Both the position numbers and the translations under genes were made by a program. A DNA stretch of 64,000 bases from Chloroflexota bacterium (GTDB taxonomy: Bacteria > Chloroflexota > Dehalococcoidia > Lucifugimonadales > JADFKI01): assembly GCA_027623195.1 (NCBI GenBank), contig JAQBUT010000020.1, positions 1-64,000 on the forward strand, read 5' to 3'. How positions within the stretch are numbered: position 1 is the stretch's first letter; the number at the start of each line of letters is the position of its first letter. The notes under the pieces were generated by a model. The model ran no database searches and was not told where the DNA came from. It was given only the letters and a program-made list of their open reading frames with translations. This document shows positions 40,200 through 51,065 of the stretch, piece by piece.

Positions 40200-40742
40200 A
40201 TGTCCAGGATAGGGAACCAGCCGATTCCTGTGCCTTCTGGAGTACAGGTCGACATAAATGGGTCAGATGTCACGGTGAAGGGTGGTCAGGGCGAGTTGTC
40301 CACCACCTTCCACAGGGATATGAAGATCATCCAGGAAGAAAATGTATTGCGAGTGGAGCGCCCTTCAGACGAAGGGCAACACAAGGCGCTTCACGGTCTT
40401 ACGCGAAGCTTGTTGGCCAATATGGTCACTGGTGTTAGCGTGGGGTTCCAGAGGGAACTGGAACTGGTGGGAGTTGGATATCGCGTGCAAAAGAGTGGGG
40501 AGAGTATCACTCTGAACGTGATGTACAGCCACCCGGTGGTCATGGATCCCCCAGACGGCGTCACCCTTGAGGTCGGGGGTAACAACCGCATTACCGTTAA
40601 GGGCATAGATAAGCAGAAGGTGGGCCAGTTGGCTGCGCAGATTCGCAAGGTCCGGCCACCTAATATTTACACGGGCAAGGGAATACGTTTTCTGGGTGAA
40701 CAGATACGGCTCAAGCCCGGTAAAAGCGCCAGGAGGGCTTAG
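40200..40742 (+). CDS. rplF: 50S ribosomal protein L6
   Basis: MSRIG start at 40200, GVGYR, YTGKGI. Confidence 0.99.
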   Translation: MSRIGNQPIPVPSGVQVDINGSDVTVKGGQGELSTTFHRDMKIIQEENVLRVERPSDEGQHKALHGLTRSLLANMVTGVSVGFQRELELVGVGYRVQKSGESITLNVMYSHPVVMDPPDGVTLEVGGNNRITVKGIDKQKVGQLAAQIRKVRPPNIYTGKGIRFLGEQIRLKPGKSARRA

Positions 40743-40745
40743 GCC

Positions 40746-41114
40746 ATGGCAAGGGTTAAGACAAACAAGGCCCGGCGGGTCATGCGGCACGTCCGGGTGC
40801 GTCGCAGGGTTAGCGGCACTACCGAGCGGCCCAGGTTGGCGGTTTATCGCAGCCTGAACCACATATATGCCCAGGTTATTGACGACATTAAGGGAGTGAC
40901 TGTCGCCGCCGCCTCCAGCTTGGAGAACGAATTGAAGGGCCAGTCTAGCGGCAAGGCCAAATCCGAAATTGCATCACAAGTCGGCACGCTTATCAGTGAA
41001 CGCGCAAAAGAGAAGGGCGTGAATACAGTTGTTTTCGATCGTGGCGGCTATCAGTTCCATGGTCGGTTGAAGGCGTTGGCCGAAGCAGCTCGCGAGGGAG
41101 GGCTGATCTTTTAG
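40746..41114 (+). CDS. rplR: 50S ribosomal protein L18
   Basis: [20 protein letters not shown]. Confidence 0.99.
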   Translation: MARVKTNKARRVMRHVRVRRRVSGTTERPRLAVYRSLNHIYAQVIDDIKGVTVAAASSLENELKGQSSGKAKSEIASQVGTLISERAKEKGVNTVVFDRGGYQFHGRLKALAEAAREGGLIF

Positions 41115-41741
41115 ATGACAAGCTACCAGAGTCGATCGCAAGATTTAGATACAGGCGAATTACCCTTAGTTGAGCGGGTGGTGAAGATATCCCGTGTGGC
41201 TAAAGTGGTTAAGGGTGGTCGCCACCTCAGTTTCAGTGCCCTTGTAGTAGTGGGCGACATGTCCGGTCGTGTCGGCGTGGGAATGGGTAAAGCCGACGCT
41301 GTTCCGGATGCTGTGCGTAAAGGCGCCGCTGCTGCGCGCAAAAGCGTGGTGACGATACCTCTTAGTGGTAGTAGCATTCCCCACGAAGTTATCTCGAAGT
41401 TCGTGGGTTCTGTAGTCATGCTTAAACCCGCGGGCGAAGGCGCTGGCGTTATAGCCGGGCCATCGGTTCGAGCCGTTGTTGAGTTGGCTGGCGTCAAGGA
41501 TATTCTCACAAAAGTGAGGCGCAGCACCAACCCTATCAATGTCGTCAAGGCCACCTTTCAGGGCTTGCAGATGTTGAAGGATCCCGTTGAGGAATTTGAT
41601 AAGAGAAAACAGCTTATCGAATACGCCAAGGTTCGCGCCGAGGAGCGATCAGAACGCGCTGAACGGAACAGGCAGAGGCAGAACCGCAGGCCTCCAACGC
41701 CAAACCCGGTTCCTAATGTGGCACCCCCGACTGCTGGCTAG
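41115..41741 (+). CDS. rpsE: 30S ribosomal protein S5
   Basis: [18 protein letters not shown]-terminal extension. Confidence 0.98.
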   Translation: MTSYQSRSQDLDTGELPLVERVVKISRVAKVVKGGRHLSFSALVVVGDMSGRVGVGMGKADAVPDAVRKGAAAARKSVVTIPLSGSSIPHEVISKFVGSVVMLKPAGEGAGVIAGPSVRAVVELAGVKDILTKVRRSTNPINVVKATFQGLQMLKDPVEEFDKRKQLIEYAKVRAEERSERAERNRQRQNRRPPTPNPVPNVAPPTAG

Positions 41742-41820
41742 GTTTAGTTCAGTCTAGGCGACGGAGTCTTCTTGTTCGCCGTAAATCGGCGAGGGAATCT
41801 TTTTGAAACGAAAGTCATTT

Positions 41821-42003
41821 ATGGCAAAGATATCAGTAACTTGGAAAGTCAGTGGCATCGGCTACAAGAGGGACCAGCGACTCACCATTGAGGCGCTTGG
41901 TCTTCGAAAGCTACACCAGACCGTAGTGCACGACGATACCCCATCTATAATGGGTATGTTGCACAAGGTGCGGCATCTGGTCGTAGTCCAACCGGCTGAG
42001 TAA
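41821..42003 (+). CDS. rpmD: 50S ribosomal protein L30
   Basis: ALGLRK, GMLHKVRHLV; start ATG 41821. Confidence 0.97.
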   Translation: MAKISVTWKVSGIGYKRDQRLTIEALGLRKLHQTVVHDDTPSIMGMLHKVRHLVVVQPAE

Positions 42004-42230
42004 GAGGGTATTGATAGTTCTAGGTAGGCCTTTTGGCTTACCTTAACTGTGAATCACATGAAGTTCTTTTGGCTCAAGACGGGAGCGACTTAAAACTTGT
42101 CCGATTGGCAATTGTAAGTTGATCGGGTGTTCCAACACCGAAGGGTCGCTGGGCAGGCTAAGATAACGAGATATAAAATGCCCGGCAGGCAGCAATTGCG
42201 TAGCCGGTCAATCCAAAAATAAAGGTTGAG

Positions 42231-42680
42231 ATGCAACAACACGAGATAAATCCGCCCCCTGGGGGAAAGCACAAGCAAAAACGTCGCGTCGGTAGGGGCG
42301 ACAGTAGCGGATTCGGCAGCTACTCTGGCAAGGGCATGAAAGGCCAGAAGTCTCGGAGTGGCGGCGGTGTTCGTCCTGGCTTCGAGGGTGGTCAGTTAGC
42401 TCTGATGAAGAAGCTGCCTATGATACGCGGCTTCACAAATAGATTTCGAGTGGCCTACACGGCTGTGAATCTGGACAGGCTTGCGGGCTTCGAGCCCAAC
42501 ACGGAGGTTACTCCGGAGCTACTGGGCCAGGCAGGCATTGTAAGGGCATTGAAGAGTCCGATCAAGATATTGGGGCGCGGGGAAATAGACGTCCCATTGT
42601 CGGTGGCAGCTCATAAATTCTCGGCGTCGGCACGCCAGAAGATTGAGGCTGCAGGGGGAAGTGTCAGGGAGATCGGATAA
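42231..42680 (+). CDS. rplO: 50S ribosomal protein L15
   Basis: RVGRG, KGQKSRSG, GFEGGQ. Confidence 0.99.
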   Translation: MQQHEINPPPGGKHKQKRRVGRGDSSGFGSYSGKGMKGQKSRSGGGVRPGFEGGQLALMKKLPMIRGFTNRFRVAYTAVNLDRLAGFEPNTEVTPELLGQAGIVRALKSPIKILGRGEIDVPLSVAAHKFSASARQKIEAAGGSVREIG

Positions 42681-44017
42681 TGCGTCAGAGTCAGGCCGGG
42701 CGTTCCCAACAGGTATCTAGGCCTCAGTTAATTCAGTCAATGATAGATGCCATGCAGATCCCGGATCTGCGTGGCAAAATTCTTTTTACGCTTGCAATGC
42801 TAGTGGTGTTCAGGTTCGTGGCCCATGTGCCCGTGCCAGGCGTGGACTCGCAGGCATTGGACCAGGCCTTCCAATCTCAGGCTCTCCTGGGCTTTTTGGA
42901 TCTGTTCAGTGGTGGCGCTCTTGCCAACTTAAGTGTAGCGGCCTTGGGCGTTTACCCGTACATTACCGCATCCATTGTGATGCAGATTTTGGTACCGGTA
43001 ATTCCCAATCTAAAGGCATTATCGAAGGAAGGCGAATACGGTCGGCAGCGCATCAATCAGATGACGCACTGGCTGGCCATTCCCATCGCTTTCATGCAGG
43101 GTTGGGGCCAGTTGACTCTGCTTCGGCAGGCTGGCGTTCTGCCAACCATTGATTTCGGACTTAACTTGCCGACGATGTCCATGGTCATCTCCATGGTAGC
43201 GGGGACCATGTTCCTGGTTTGGCTAGGTGAGCTAATCACGGAACGCGGACTGGGCAACGGTATCTCGTTGCTAATCTTCGGCGGAATCGTGGCTCGGTTC
43301 CCTCAGGTCGTTGGGCAGGGATTCCTCCAAAGCAACGAGGCTGCTGGTCTTCTGCTTCTAGGCGTATTCGCCTTCGTGGTGATTTTCAGCATTGTACTGT
43401 TTACGGAGGCGCAGCGGCGGGTTCCGGTGCAGTACGGGCGTAGCGTGTTTCGCGGTGGGAGGATGGAGCGGCAAAGCGGTTCGACCTTTTTGCCGTTAAG
43501 GGTGAACTCTGCGGGTATGATTCCGCTGATATTCGCCTTTTCCATCGTCATATTACCGGGGACTATATTTAGGTACTTTACCAATCCGCTTAGCGATGGA
43601 ATGTTTTCGCGAATTGCGCAGTTCTTCGCCAACTCTTTGGACCCGTCGGCCTTTGGGTACTGGGCCGCTGTGTTCGTACTGGTGGTGGTGTTCACATTCT
43701 TCTATACGATTGTGACCTTCCAGCAGCAGGACTTGGCAGGCAACTTGCAGAGGAACGGCGGATTCATCCCCGGCATTCGTCCGGGCAAACCGACGCAGGA
43801 CTACCTCATGCGGGTTCTTGTGCGGATAACGTGGGGCGGCGCGTTCTTTCTAGGAATTATTGCCGTGTTGCCTTTCTTTATTACGGCAGCGACCGACATA
43901 CGATCGTTAACTTTAAGCAGCACCAGCCTGCTGATTATGGTAGGTGTGGCGCTGGATACTATGCGTCAATTGGAATCTCAACTTCTCATGCGCAACTATG
44001 AAGGATTCATACGATAA
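42680..44017 (+). CDS. secY: Preprotein translocase SecY
   Basis: LGVYPYITASI, WLGELIT, GNGISL, IPGIRPG. Confidence 0.99.
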   Translation: MRQSQAGRSQQVSRPQLIQSMIDAMQIPDLRGKILFTLAMLVVFRFVAHVPVPGVDSQALDQAFQSQALLGFLDLFSGGALANLSVAALGVYPYITASIVMQILVPVIPNLKALSKEGEYGRQRINQMTHWLAIPIAFMQGWGQLTLLRQAGVLPTIDFGLNLPTMSMVISMVAGTMFLVWLGELITERGLGNGISLLIFGGIVARFPQVVGQGFLQSNEAAGLLLLGVFAFVVIFSIVLFTEAQRRVPVQYGRSVFRGGRMERQSGSTFLPLRVNSAGMIPLIFAFSIVILPGTIFRYFTNPLSDGMFSRIAQFFANSLDPSAFGYWAAVFVLVVVFTFFYTIVTFQQQDLAGNLQRNGGFIPGIRPGKPTQDYLMRVLVRITWGGAFFLGIIAVLPFFITAATDIRSLTLSSTSLLIMVGVALDTMRQLESQLLMRNYEGFIR

Positions 44018-44053
44018 GGCTGTAACACTCTTCAAAAGGGGCTATTCACAGAA

Positions 44054-44692
44054 TTGAAGGTTATACTTCTTGGGCCGCCTGGAGCCGGTAAAGGCACGCA
44101 GGCGGCCCGAATTGCTGAAAAATTACAGGTTACAAGGGCGGCATCCGGGGACCTGTTTAGGGGCAACATAAGAAATAATACAGAACTGGGTCGGTTGGCC
44201 AAGTCCTATATGGATCGGGGTGTGCTGGTCCCAGATGATGTGACTATACGGCTGGTGATGGACTGGCTAGACTCGCCGGAGCAGTCTAAAGGTTTCGTAT
44301 TGGATGGCTTTCCCCGGACATTGGGTCAGGCTGAAGCCTTGGACAGGGTGTTGGTTGACAAGGGCGGCATCAACCGGGTGATGTACATTAATGTACCGGA
44401 AGCCGAATTGATTCGCAGGTTGGCTGGGCGCTATATATGTCGAATCTGTCAAACACCGTATCACGAGAGTTTCTCGCCGCCGAGGCAAGCAGGTATCTGC
44501 GATAAGTGCGGAGGCGAGGTATATCAACGGGACGACGATAAGGCTGAAGTGGTTGGAAAACGGCTAGAGGTCTTTTTTAAGGAGACGGAGCCGCTGGTGG
44601 ACTACTATCGTCTGGCGGGTAACCTGAAGGAGATAAATGGCGAGGGCACCATCGAGGACGTGGGGAACGCACTTATTGCCGCTTTGGAGTAA
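44054..44692 (+). CDS. adk: Adenylate kinase (Zn lid)
   Basis: GPPGAGKGTQA, LDGFPR, QRDDD. Confidence 0.99.
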   Translation: MKVILLGPPGAGKGTQAARIAEKLQVTRAASGDLFRGNIRNNTELGRLAKSYMDRGVLVPDDVTIRLVMDWLDSPEQSKGFVLDGFPRTLGQAEALDRVLVDKGGINRVMYINVPEAELIRRLAGRYICRICQTPYHESFSPPRQAGICDKCGGEVYQRDDDKAEVVGKRLEVFFKETEPLVDYYRLAGNLKEINGEGTIEDVGNALIAALE

Positions 44693-44791
44693 CTCCCAGG
44701 ACCTATTTTAATCAAATGATTTAATTATGGCGTCGGCTTTACTATAATATACTGATGCCTTTTAATTTAAGGACAAGTTAGAAACCGTACA

Positions 44792-45595
44792 ATGATCCTT
44801 TCCAGAAGGAGTCCTAGCGGAATTTCAATAAAATCCGCCAAAGAGATCGAGTTTATGCGACGTGCGGGCCAGATAGTGGCCGACACGAAGGTTCGCGTTA
44901 AAGAGGCCATTCGTCCCGGCGTTACGACGGGGGAACTGGACCGTATTGCTGAGGATTATATTCGCAGCGTGGGGGCCATGCCTTCGTTCAAGGGTTATAA
45001 GGCTGGTGGGAATATTCCGTTCTCTGGCACCATTTGCGCATCGGTCAACGAAGAGATAGTTCATGGCATTCCTGGAAACCGAGTGCTTAACGAAGGCGAT
45101 ATACTCAGTGTGGACTTTGGGGCTATTGCGGAGGGCTTTCATGGGGATAGCGCTTTCACCATGGGTGTCGGTGAAATCTCTGAAGAAGCCCAGCGTCTAA
45201 TTGACGCTACAAGAGAGTCGCTGAAACAGGGTATCGCCCAGGTCAAGGCAGGCGGGCGTATCAGTGATATTTCGCACGCTGTGCAGACGTACGCTGAGGG
45301 AATGGGGTTTTCAGTAGTGCGGCAGTATGTTGGTCACGGCATAGGCAGGGCGCTACACGAAGAGCCTCAGGTGCCTAATTACGGGGAGGCTGGACGTGGT
45401 CCCATGCTCAAGAAGGGCATGACCATAGCCATAGAGCCCATGCTCAACATCGGAGGGTGGGAGACTGAACAGCTAGATGATGGATGGACGGTGGTTACTG
45501 CCGACGGAAGCCTGTCGGCGCACTTTGAAGATACCATCGCCATAACACAGGACGGAGCAGAGGTGCTCACTTCGCCGGAAGGTTACTACTTCTAA
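44792..45595 (+). CDS. map: Methionine aminopeptidase type I
   Basis: [33 protein letters not shown]. Confidence 0.98.
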   Translation: MILSRRSPSGISIKSAKEIEFMRRAGQIVADTKVRVKEAIRPGVTTGELDRIAEDYIRSVGAMPSFKGYKAGGNIPFSGTICASVNEEIVHGIPGNRVLNEGDILSVDFGAIAEGFHGDSAFTMGVGEISEEAQRLIDATRESLKQGIAQVKAGGRISDISHAVQTYAEGMGFSVVRQYVGHGIGRALHEEPQVPNYGEAGRGPMLKKGMTIAIEPMLNIGGWETEQLDDGWTVVTADGSLSAHFEDTIAITQDGAEVLTSPEGYYF

Positions 45596-45669
45596 CGGGT
45601 GAGTGCTTGCGGTGCTTGAGCTTACGACATGGAGATGTGAGCTGTGGTGGCTGTTAAGAGAGGATTAAG

Positions 45670-45783
45670 ATGAAAGTATCAGCGTCTGTTAAGGTGCGAT
45701 GCGCCAAGTGCCGGGTTATTCGTCGGCACCGTAAGGTGTTGATCATCTGTGATAATCCCAGGCACAAGCAGAGACAGGGCTAA
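45670..45783 (+). CDS. rpmJ: 50S ribosomal protein L36 (not in ORF track)
   Basis: [44 protein letters not shown]. Confidence 0.98.
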   Translation: MKVSASVKVRCAKCRVIRRHRKVLIICDNPRHKQRQG

Positions 45784-45831
45784 GGTCTGATTAAAAAGGC
45801 CTTTTGCCAATGGCCTAACTAAGGAGACACA

Positions 45832-46209
45832 ATGGCGATAGTGTCCGGCGTAAATATACCTGACAACAAGCGGGTGGAGATTTCCCTCCGCAGCATATTC
45901 GGCATAGGGGCGCATCAGGCTCGTGACATCGTGGAGAAGGCTGGTATTATCGGCAATCCGCGTGTCAGTGAGCTTGTGGAGTCAGACCTGACTCGAATCC
46001 GCGAGATAGTAGACCGCGAAAAGATGGTAGAGGGCGATCTTCGAAGAGAGGTCAACCTCAATATACGCCGGCTGATGGACATCGGCACTTATCGAGGGCT
46101 GCGACATCGACGAGGATTGCCGTCAAGGGGCCAGCGCACTAAGACCAACGCTCGTACCAAGCGCGGACGTAGGATGCCGGTGGCGGGTCGAAGGCGCGTA
46201 ACTAAGTAA
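45832..46209 (+). CDS. rpsM: 30S ribosomal protein S13
   Basis: [22 protein letters not shown]. Confidence 0.99.
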   Translation: MAIVSGVNIPDNKRVEISLRSIFGIGAHQARDIVEKAGIIGNPRVSELVESDLTRIREIVDREKMVEGDLRREVNLNIRRLMDIGTYRGLRHRRGLPSRGQRTKTNARTKRGRRMPVAGRRRVTK

Positions 46210-46249
46210 TAAATTCGTCTGAATCAAATTAGGGTAGGAAGTTCCAAAT

Positions 46250-46636
46250 ATGCCAAGGAGACCACGAACTAGGCGACGAGAAAGAAGGTCCGTACCTGTT
46301 GGTAAGGCTTTCATACAGTCGACTTTCAATAACACGATTGTCACGCTCACGGACCCGGCTGGAAGCGTTCTGGCCTGGGGCAGCGCCGGTACTGTAGGGT
46401 TCAAGGGTTCCCGTAAGTCGACTGCCTTCGCAGCGCAGCGAGCGGGCGAAGACGCTGCTCGTAAGGGAATGGAGAATGGTCTACGGCAGGTGCAGATTTT
46501 CGTGCGAGGGCCGGGCGCTGGCCGTGAGGCTGCTATAAGGGCTATTCAGGCCTCTGGAATAGTAGTCACAAGTATCAGGGATATGACGCCCGTTCCCCAC
46601 AATGGCGCAAGGCCGCCAAAGCGCCGACGCGTATAG
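46250..46636 (+). CDS. rpsK: 30S ribosomal protein S11
   Basis: [19 protein letters not shown]. Confidence 0.99.
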   Translation: MPRRPRTRRRERRSVPVGKAFIQSTFNNTIVTLTDPAGSVLAWGSAGTVGFKGSRKSTAFAAQRAGEDAARKGMENGLRQVQIFVRGPGAGREAAIRAIQASGIVVTSIRDMTPVPHNGARPPKRRRV

Positions 46637-46915
46637 CGGTTAAGGTCAGCTTGGGGAGGATGTCTACGTGAATAGGGCCTATGCCCTTTTTCATGAGGCC
46701 TCCTGAATGGCTAGCTGTTGCGTTAGTTGCTTCGTCAGGTAGGTCAATCGCGACGATTGTGGCTTAATTTGATTTTAGATCTGGGAAAGAGGGTTTCTTT
46801 ATGAAAGCTCTCTCCCGAAATCTGGGCCAACAACCTAATTATTGATTAGGTCTAGGGTCCGATGAGATATCGAAATTATTGACTGGAATATTCTGGAGGA
46901 CTGAGTACTAAACCA

Positions 46916-47545
46916 ATGGCAAGATATACAGATCCAGTATGCCGCCGGTGCCGCCGAATCGGTGAGAAATTGTTCCTTAAAGGGGAACGCTGTTTCACAC
47001 CTAGGTGCGCCATTGAAAAACGTCGTCGGCCTCCAGGGAACGCTGTGGCTAGGCGTCGTCGTTCGTCTGATTGGGCGTTGCAGCTTCGGGAAAAGCAGAA
47101 GGCACGCTTCACCTACGGGGTTCTAGAGAGCCAATTTCGAAAGTACTTTGAAATGGCGCGGGAACGTCCTGGAGTAACCGGTGATGTGCTTCTACAATTG
47201 CTGGAGACCAGACTCGACAATGTGGTTTTTCGATTGTCATTCGCAGATTCGCGTGCTCAGGCCCGCCAACTAGTTAACCACGGCCACTTCGTAGTAAACG
47301 GACGTCGCATGGACATACCGTCTTACCTGGTTAAGGAAGGCGACATTGTTTCGTGGAAGAGAGTTAACGAGACCGTGCCCGAATTCATTCAGGCGCTAAC
47401 GGATGGGCTGCCCAAGAGGCCTGTTCCGCTCTGGCTAAGGCTGGATGCGGCCACGCTTAAGGGTGAGGTGGCTTCGGCGCCGGACCCTTCCGAGGTAGAC
47501 ACCGGTATCGACTCCCGTTTGATAGTCGAATTCTATTCCAAGTAA
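46916..47545 (+). CDS. rpsD: 30S ribosomal protein S4
   Basis: MARYT, QLREKQK, LETRLDNVV, VEFYSK. Confidence 0.99.
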   Translation: MARYTDPVCRRCRRIGEKLFLKGERCFTPRCAIEKRRRPPGNAVARRRRSSDWALQLREKQKARFTYGVLESQFRKYFEMARERPGVTGDVLLQLLETRLDNVVFRLSFADSRAQARQLVNHGHFVVNGRRMDIPSYLVKEGDIVSWKRVNETVPEFIQALTDGLPKRPVPLWLRLDAATLKGEVASAPDPSEVDTGIDSRLIVEFYSK

Positions 47546-47687
47546 TGGCCTCCGTGGTGGATTTGCCGGAAATGCCTGGAAGGTTATCTGACAACTGCCG
47601 AGGGGTGGCCACGTACAGTCCCGTTAAGGGAATGGCTTCCATCTGTTATCGAGTCCTCAGTAAGCAGGATGAGAGGAGATTGCCAAT

Positions 47688-48743
47688 ATGGTTCTAGAAC
47701 TGCAAAGGTTCGGCGCCCCGGATATTGAAGATGAGGAAGAGGCACAGATACCTAGTCCTCAGATTACAGTAATCGAGTCCGATGATAAATATGGTAAATT
47801 CGCCGTCGAGCCCTTGGATCGGGGTTATGGCATGACACTGGGTAATCCCCTGCGTCGTGTGCTGTATAACTCGCTCCAAGGCACGGCCATAACGTGGGTG
47901 AAAATTGAGGGCGTGCTTCATGAGTACGGCACCATACCTCACGTCAAAGAGGAAGTATCGGAGTTTCTGCTAAACGTGAAAGGCATCCGTCTGCGCTCAG
48001 GGGTAGACAGGCCCGGTAAGTTGCGGCTAGAGGTCGCAGGCGAGGGCGAAGTCAGTGCTGCTGACATTATGCGTTCCGCCGACTTCGAGGTAGTGAACCC
48101 TGAACTACACCTGGCCACACTGGATTCTCCGGAAGCCAAGTTGTCTGTGGAGTTCAACGTCGAGCGCGGTAGCGGATATGATGTTGCATCTAACGGCGAC
48201 GGCCAACCCATCGGGGTTCTCCCTGTCGACGCGGTGTACACTCCCATTCGCAAGGTCAACTACACCGTGGAGAACACCAGGGTAGGGCAGCGCACCGACT
48301 TCGAGCGTCTGGTTATCGAGATGTGGACCGATGGTTCTATCGATCCCATAGACGCCTTGCGACAGGCCGGCGACATACTGATGAACAAGTTCTTCATGTT
48401 TGCCAAGGTGCAGACCGACTCAGATGACCCATCAGAAGGGCCGCGTATGCCGAGCATCGCGCCCGAGCAGTACAATGTCACGGTGGAAAGGCTAGACCTG
48501 TCCTCGCGCACGCTGAACTGCCTGAAACGCGTAGGCATAAACAAGGTTGGCGAAGTGCTGGAGATGAACAAGTCCGAGTTGCTCCGCATTAGGAACTTCG
48601 GTGAAAAGTCCTACAACGAGTTGTTCGACCGTCTTCGCGAGATGGACCTTCTGCCGGCAGACCTTGATCCTGTGAACAGCCCAAGTGTAGCTGACGTGGA
48701 TCCGGATGCCGAGGACGACGCAGAGGATTCCTCGGAAGAGTAA
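47688..48743 (+). CDS. rpoA: RNA polymerase alpha subunit
   Basis: EPLDRGYGMTLGN, LRR, RVGQRTDF, NCL, RNFGEKS. Confidence 0.99.
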   Translation: MVLELQRFGAPDIEDEEEAQIPSPQITVIESDDKYGKFAVEPLDRGYGMTLGNPLRRVLYNSLQGTAITWVKIEGVLHEYGTIPHVKEEVSEFLLNVKGIRLRSGVDRPGKLRLEVAGEGEVSAADIMRSADFEVVNPELHLATLDSPEAKLSVEFNVERGSGYDVASNGDGQPIGVLPVDAVYTPIRKVNYTVENTRVGQRTDFERLVIEMWTDGSIDPIDALRQAGDILMNKFFMFAKVQTDSDDPSEGPRMPSIAPEQYNVTVERLDLSSRTLNCLKRVGINKVGEVLEMNKSELLRIRNFGEKSYNELFDRLREMDLLPADLDPVNSPSVADVDPDAEDDAEDSSEE

Positions 48744-48857
48744 GACTAGACCGGGAATAAACACGAGTATGTTCCGTCCGGACACCAGGGCGAGTTCGCC
48801 AACAAGGGCCGGGCAGGCACCAGAGTTTGAAAACTCGATACGAAACATGAGGCGACG

Positions 48858-49211
48858 ATGAGACACCACCTCTCAGGAAGAAAACTTAATCGACCAACGG
48901 CGCAAAGAATGTTGATGCTCCGCGGCATGGTCGGGGACCTGATCCGTCACGAGTCCATCAGGACCACTGAAGCTAAGGCCAAAGAGGTCCGGCGTATGGC
49001 AGAGAAGGTAATCACCAGGGGCAAGGTTGGAAACCTTCACAGTCGGCGTATGGCGATGAGCTTGCTGACGGATGAGATTGTGGTCAAGAAGATATTTACT
49101 GAGCTAGCCGAGCGCTACCAGGACCGCCCCGGTGGATACACCAGGGTGATCAAGCTGGGACCTCGGAAGGGCGATGCAGCCCCTATGGCTGTAATTGAGC
49201 TTGTCTCTTAA
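48858..49211 (+). CDS. rplQ: 50S ribosomal protein L17
   Basis: [27 protein letters not shown]. Confidence 0.99.
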   Translation: MRHHLSGRKLNRPTAQRMLMLRGMVGDLIRHESIRTTEAKAKEVRRMAEKVITRGKVGNLHSRRMAMSLLTDEIVVKKIFTELAERYQDRPGGYTRVIKLGPRKGDAAPMAVIELVS

Positions 49212-49303
49212 TACGGGTCTTAATGTTGGTTCGCGGAGCCTTAGCGGTCGCCGTGACGACTTAAGGTGGCTGGGCCAATAGGGTTCAGCTTACAAGCCGA
49301 AAA

Positions 49304-50062
49304 ATGCGACTGGCAATGCAAATTGAGTATGAGGGTACGGCTTACGCTGGGTTCCAATACCAGGTAAACGCCCCTTCTATACAAGAGGAACTGGAAAAGG
49401 CAATAACGGCTCTCACCGGAGAAACCATCAGGATAAGGGGAGCCGGTAGGACTGACGCAGGTGTACACGCTCAAGGGCAGGTAATCGCATTCGACACCGA
49501 GTCGAGGTTTGGCCCTGATGAGTTCGTCGTGGCAATGAATTACCACCTGCCGGACGACATTGCGGTACGAGCGGCATACATTGTGGATGATGAGTTTGAC
49601 CCCAGGCGAAACGCCAGGGCACGTAGCTACAGGTACACAGTGTTGCGAAGGTCAGTTCCATCGCCTTTGTTGAGGCGACAAACGTGTCTGGTGCCGGGAG
49701 CGCTAGATTTACCGCTAATGGAATCAGCGGTAAAGATGTACGAAGGCGAACATGATTTCAAGAGGTTCGCCGGGCCGCTGGAGCACAGAGAGGCTAGTAC
49801 CGTCAGGTTCGTGTACGAATCATCTGTGAGCCAGAGTGGCGACTTGCTAATGATCGACGTGAAGGGCAACGCGTTTCTGCCGCATCAGGTGCGACGGATG
49901 GTCGGAGCTCTGGTAGATGTTGGGAGAGGCAAGATTTCGTTGAACGAATTTAAGTTAATGATTGACGGAGACGAGACTGAGGCGGTGGCCCACTCCATGC
50001 CAGCGCATGGGCTGAGCCTGGTAAGCGTCAAGTACGACGACTACCCGCCGATTCTTTCATGA
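49304..50062 (+). CDS. truA: tRNA pseudouridine(38-40) synthase
   Basis: AGRTDAGVHA, GEHDF, FLPHQVR. Confidence 0.98.
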   Translation: MRLAMQIEYEGTAYAGFQYQVNAPSIQEELEKAITALTGETIRIRGAGRTDAGVHAQGQVIAFDTESRFGPDEFVVAMNYHLPDDIAVRAAYIVDDEFDPRRNARARSYRYTVLRRSVPSPLLRRQTCLVPGALDLPLMESAVKMYEGEHDFKRFAGPLEHREASTVRFVYESSVSQSGDLLMIDVKGNAFLPHQVRRMVGALVDVGRGKISLNEFKLMIDGDETEAVAHSMPAHGLSLVSVKYDDYPPILS

Positions 50063-50171
50063 TGGTTGCCATTCACACTCGTAAGAATGAAAATCGTGTA
50101 ACGAGGGTAGTGGCAGAAACTCTTTTCTCATAGTGAATTTAAAACCTTAGAATCAGGATTGGTGGAACCCA

Positions 50172-50627
50172 ATGGCAGTAGGATATAAGCCGTATCAGAC
50201 AAAAGCCTCAGAGCTAAAGCCAGAGTGGCATGTCGTGGACGCCGAGGGGCAGACCTTGGGCAGGATTTCTACGGAAATCGCGACAGTGCTTATGGGTAAG
50301 CACAAGCCTATATATGTGCCGAACCTGAATACGGGCGATTATGTTATAGTAATCAACGCCGAAAAGATCAAGGTTACGGGTAACAAGCTTGCGCAGAAGA
50401 TGTATTACAGGCACAGCGGTTACCACGGCGGCCTAACGGAGCGAACGCTGGGACAGATGCTGGCCAAGACCCCCACGCGGGTCATCCGGCAGGCGGTGAA
50501 GGGCATGCTCCCCAAGAACTCATTGGCACGCCATATGCTGGCCAGGATGAAGGTGTATGCCGGACCTGACCATCCCCACGAGGCGCAGATAAAAGGAAGC
50601 CCGGCAAAGACTTCGGAGGAATCTTAA
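50172..50627 (+). CDS. rplM: 50S ribosomal protein L13
   Basis: WHVVDA, GKHKP, HSGYHGG, GMLPK. Confidence 0.99.
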   Translation: MAVGYKPYQTKASELKPEWHVVDAEGQTLGRISTEIATVLMGKHKPIYVPNLNTGDYVIVINAEKIKVTGNKLAQKMYYRHSGYHGGLTERTLGQMLAKTPTRVIRQAVKGMLPKNSLARHMLARMKVYAGPDHPHEAQIKGSPAKTSEES

Positions 50628-51026
50628 TTGACGACGCAATCGCACTACTACTACGCGACGGGTAGGCGCAAGAACGCCATTGCCAGGGTACGCCTCTACA
50701 TGGAGAGCGGCCCCATAGTGGTTAACGGCAAGCCCATGGAAGAGGTATTCCCTTGGGACAACTGGCAGAAGGTGATCGAGGAGCCTTTCCGAACTGCGGA
50801 TGCAGTAGGGCAGTTCCGAGTGGTGGCCAAGGTCAACGGCGGCGGAGTCACCGGCCAGGCAGGCGCCATTCGACACGGGATCGCCAGAGCGTTGCTTGAG
50901 GTAGACCCAGCTCTTCGTATTCGCCTGAAGAGGGCAGGTCTGCTGACACGCGACCCCAGAGTCAAAGAGCGCCGCAAGTACGGACTCAAAAAGGCCCGCA
51001 AGGCGAAGCAGTTTACCAAGCGGTAA
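50628..51026 (+). CDS. rpsI: 30S ribosomal protein S9
   Basis: [24 protein letters not shown]. Confidence 0.99.
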   Translation: MTTQSHYYYATGRRKNAIARVRLYMESGPIVVNGKPMEEVFPWDNWQKVIEEPFRTADAVGQFRVVAKVNGGGVTGQAGAIRHGIARALLEVDPALRIRLKRAGLLTRDPRVKERRKYGLKKARKAKQFTKR

Positions 51027-51065
51027 TCACTGGTCTGAATATTCCTGCCAGGGTAATAATGAAAT

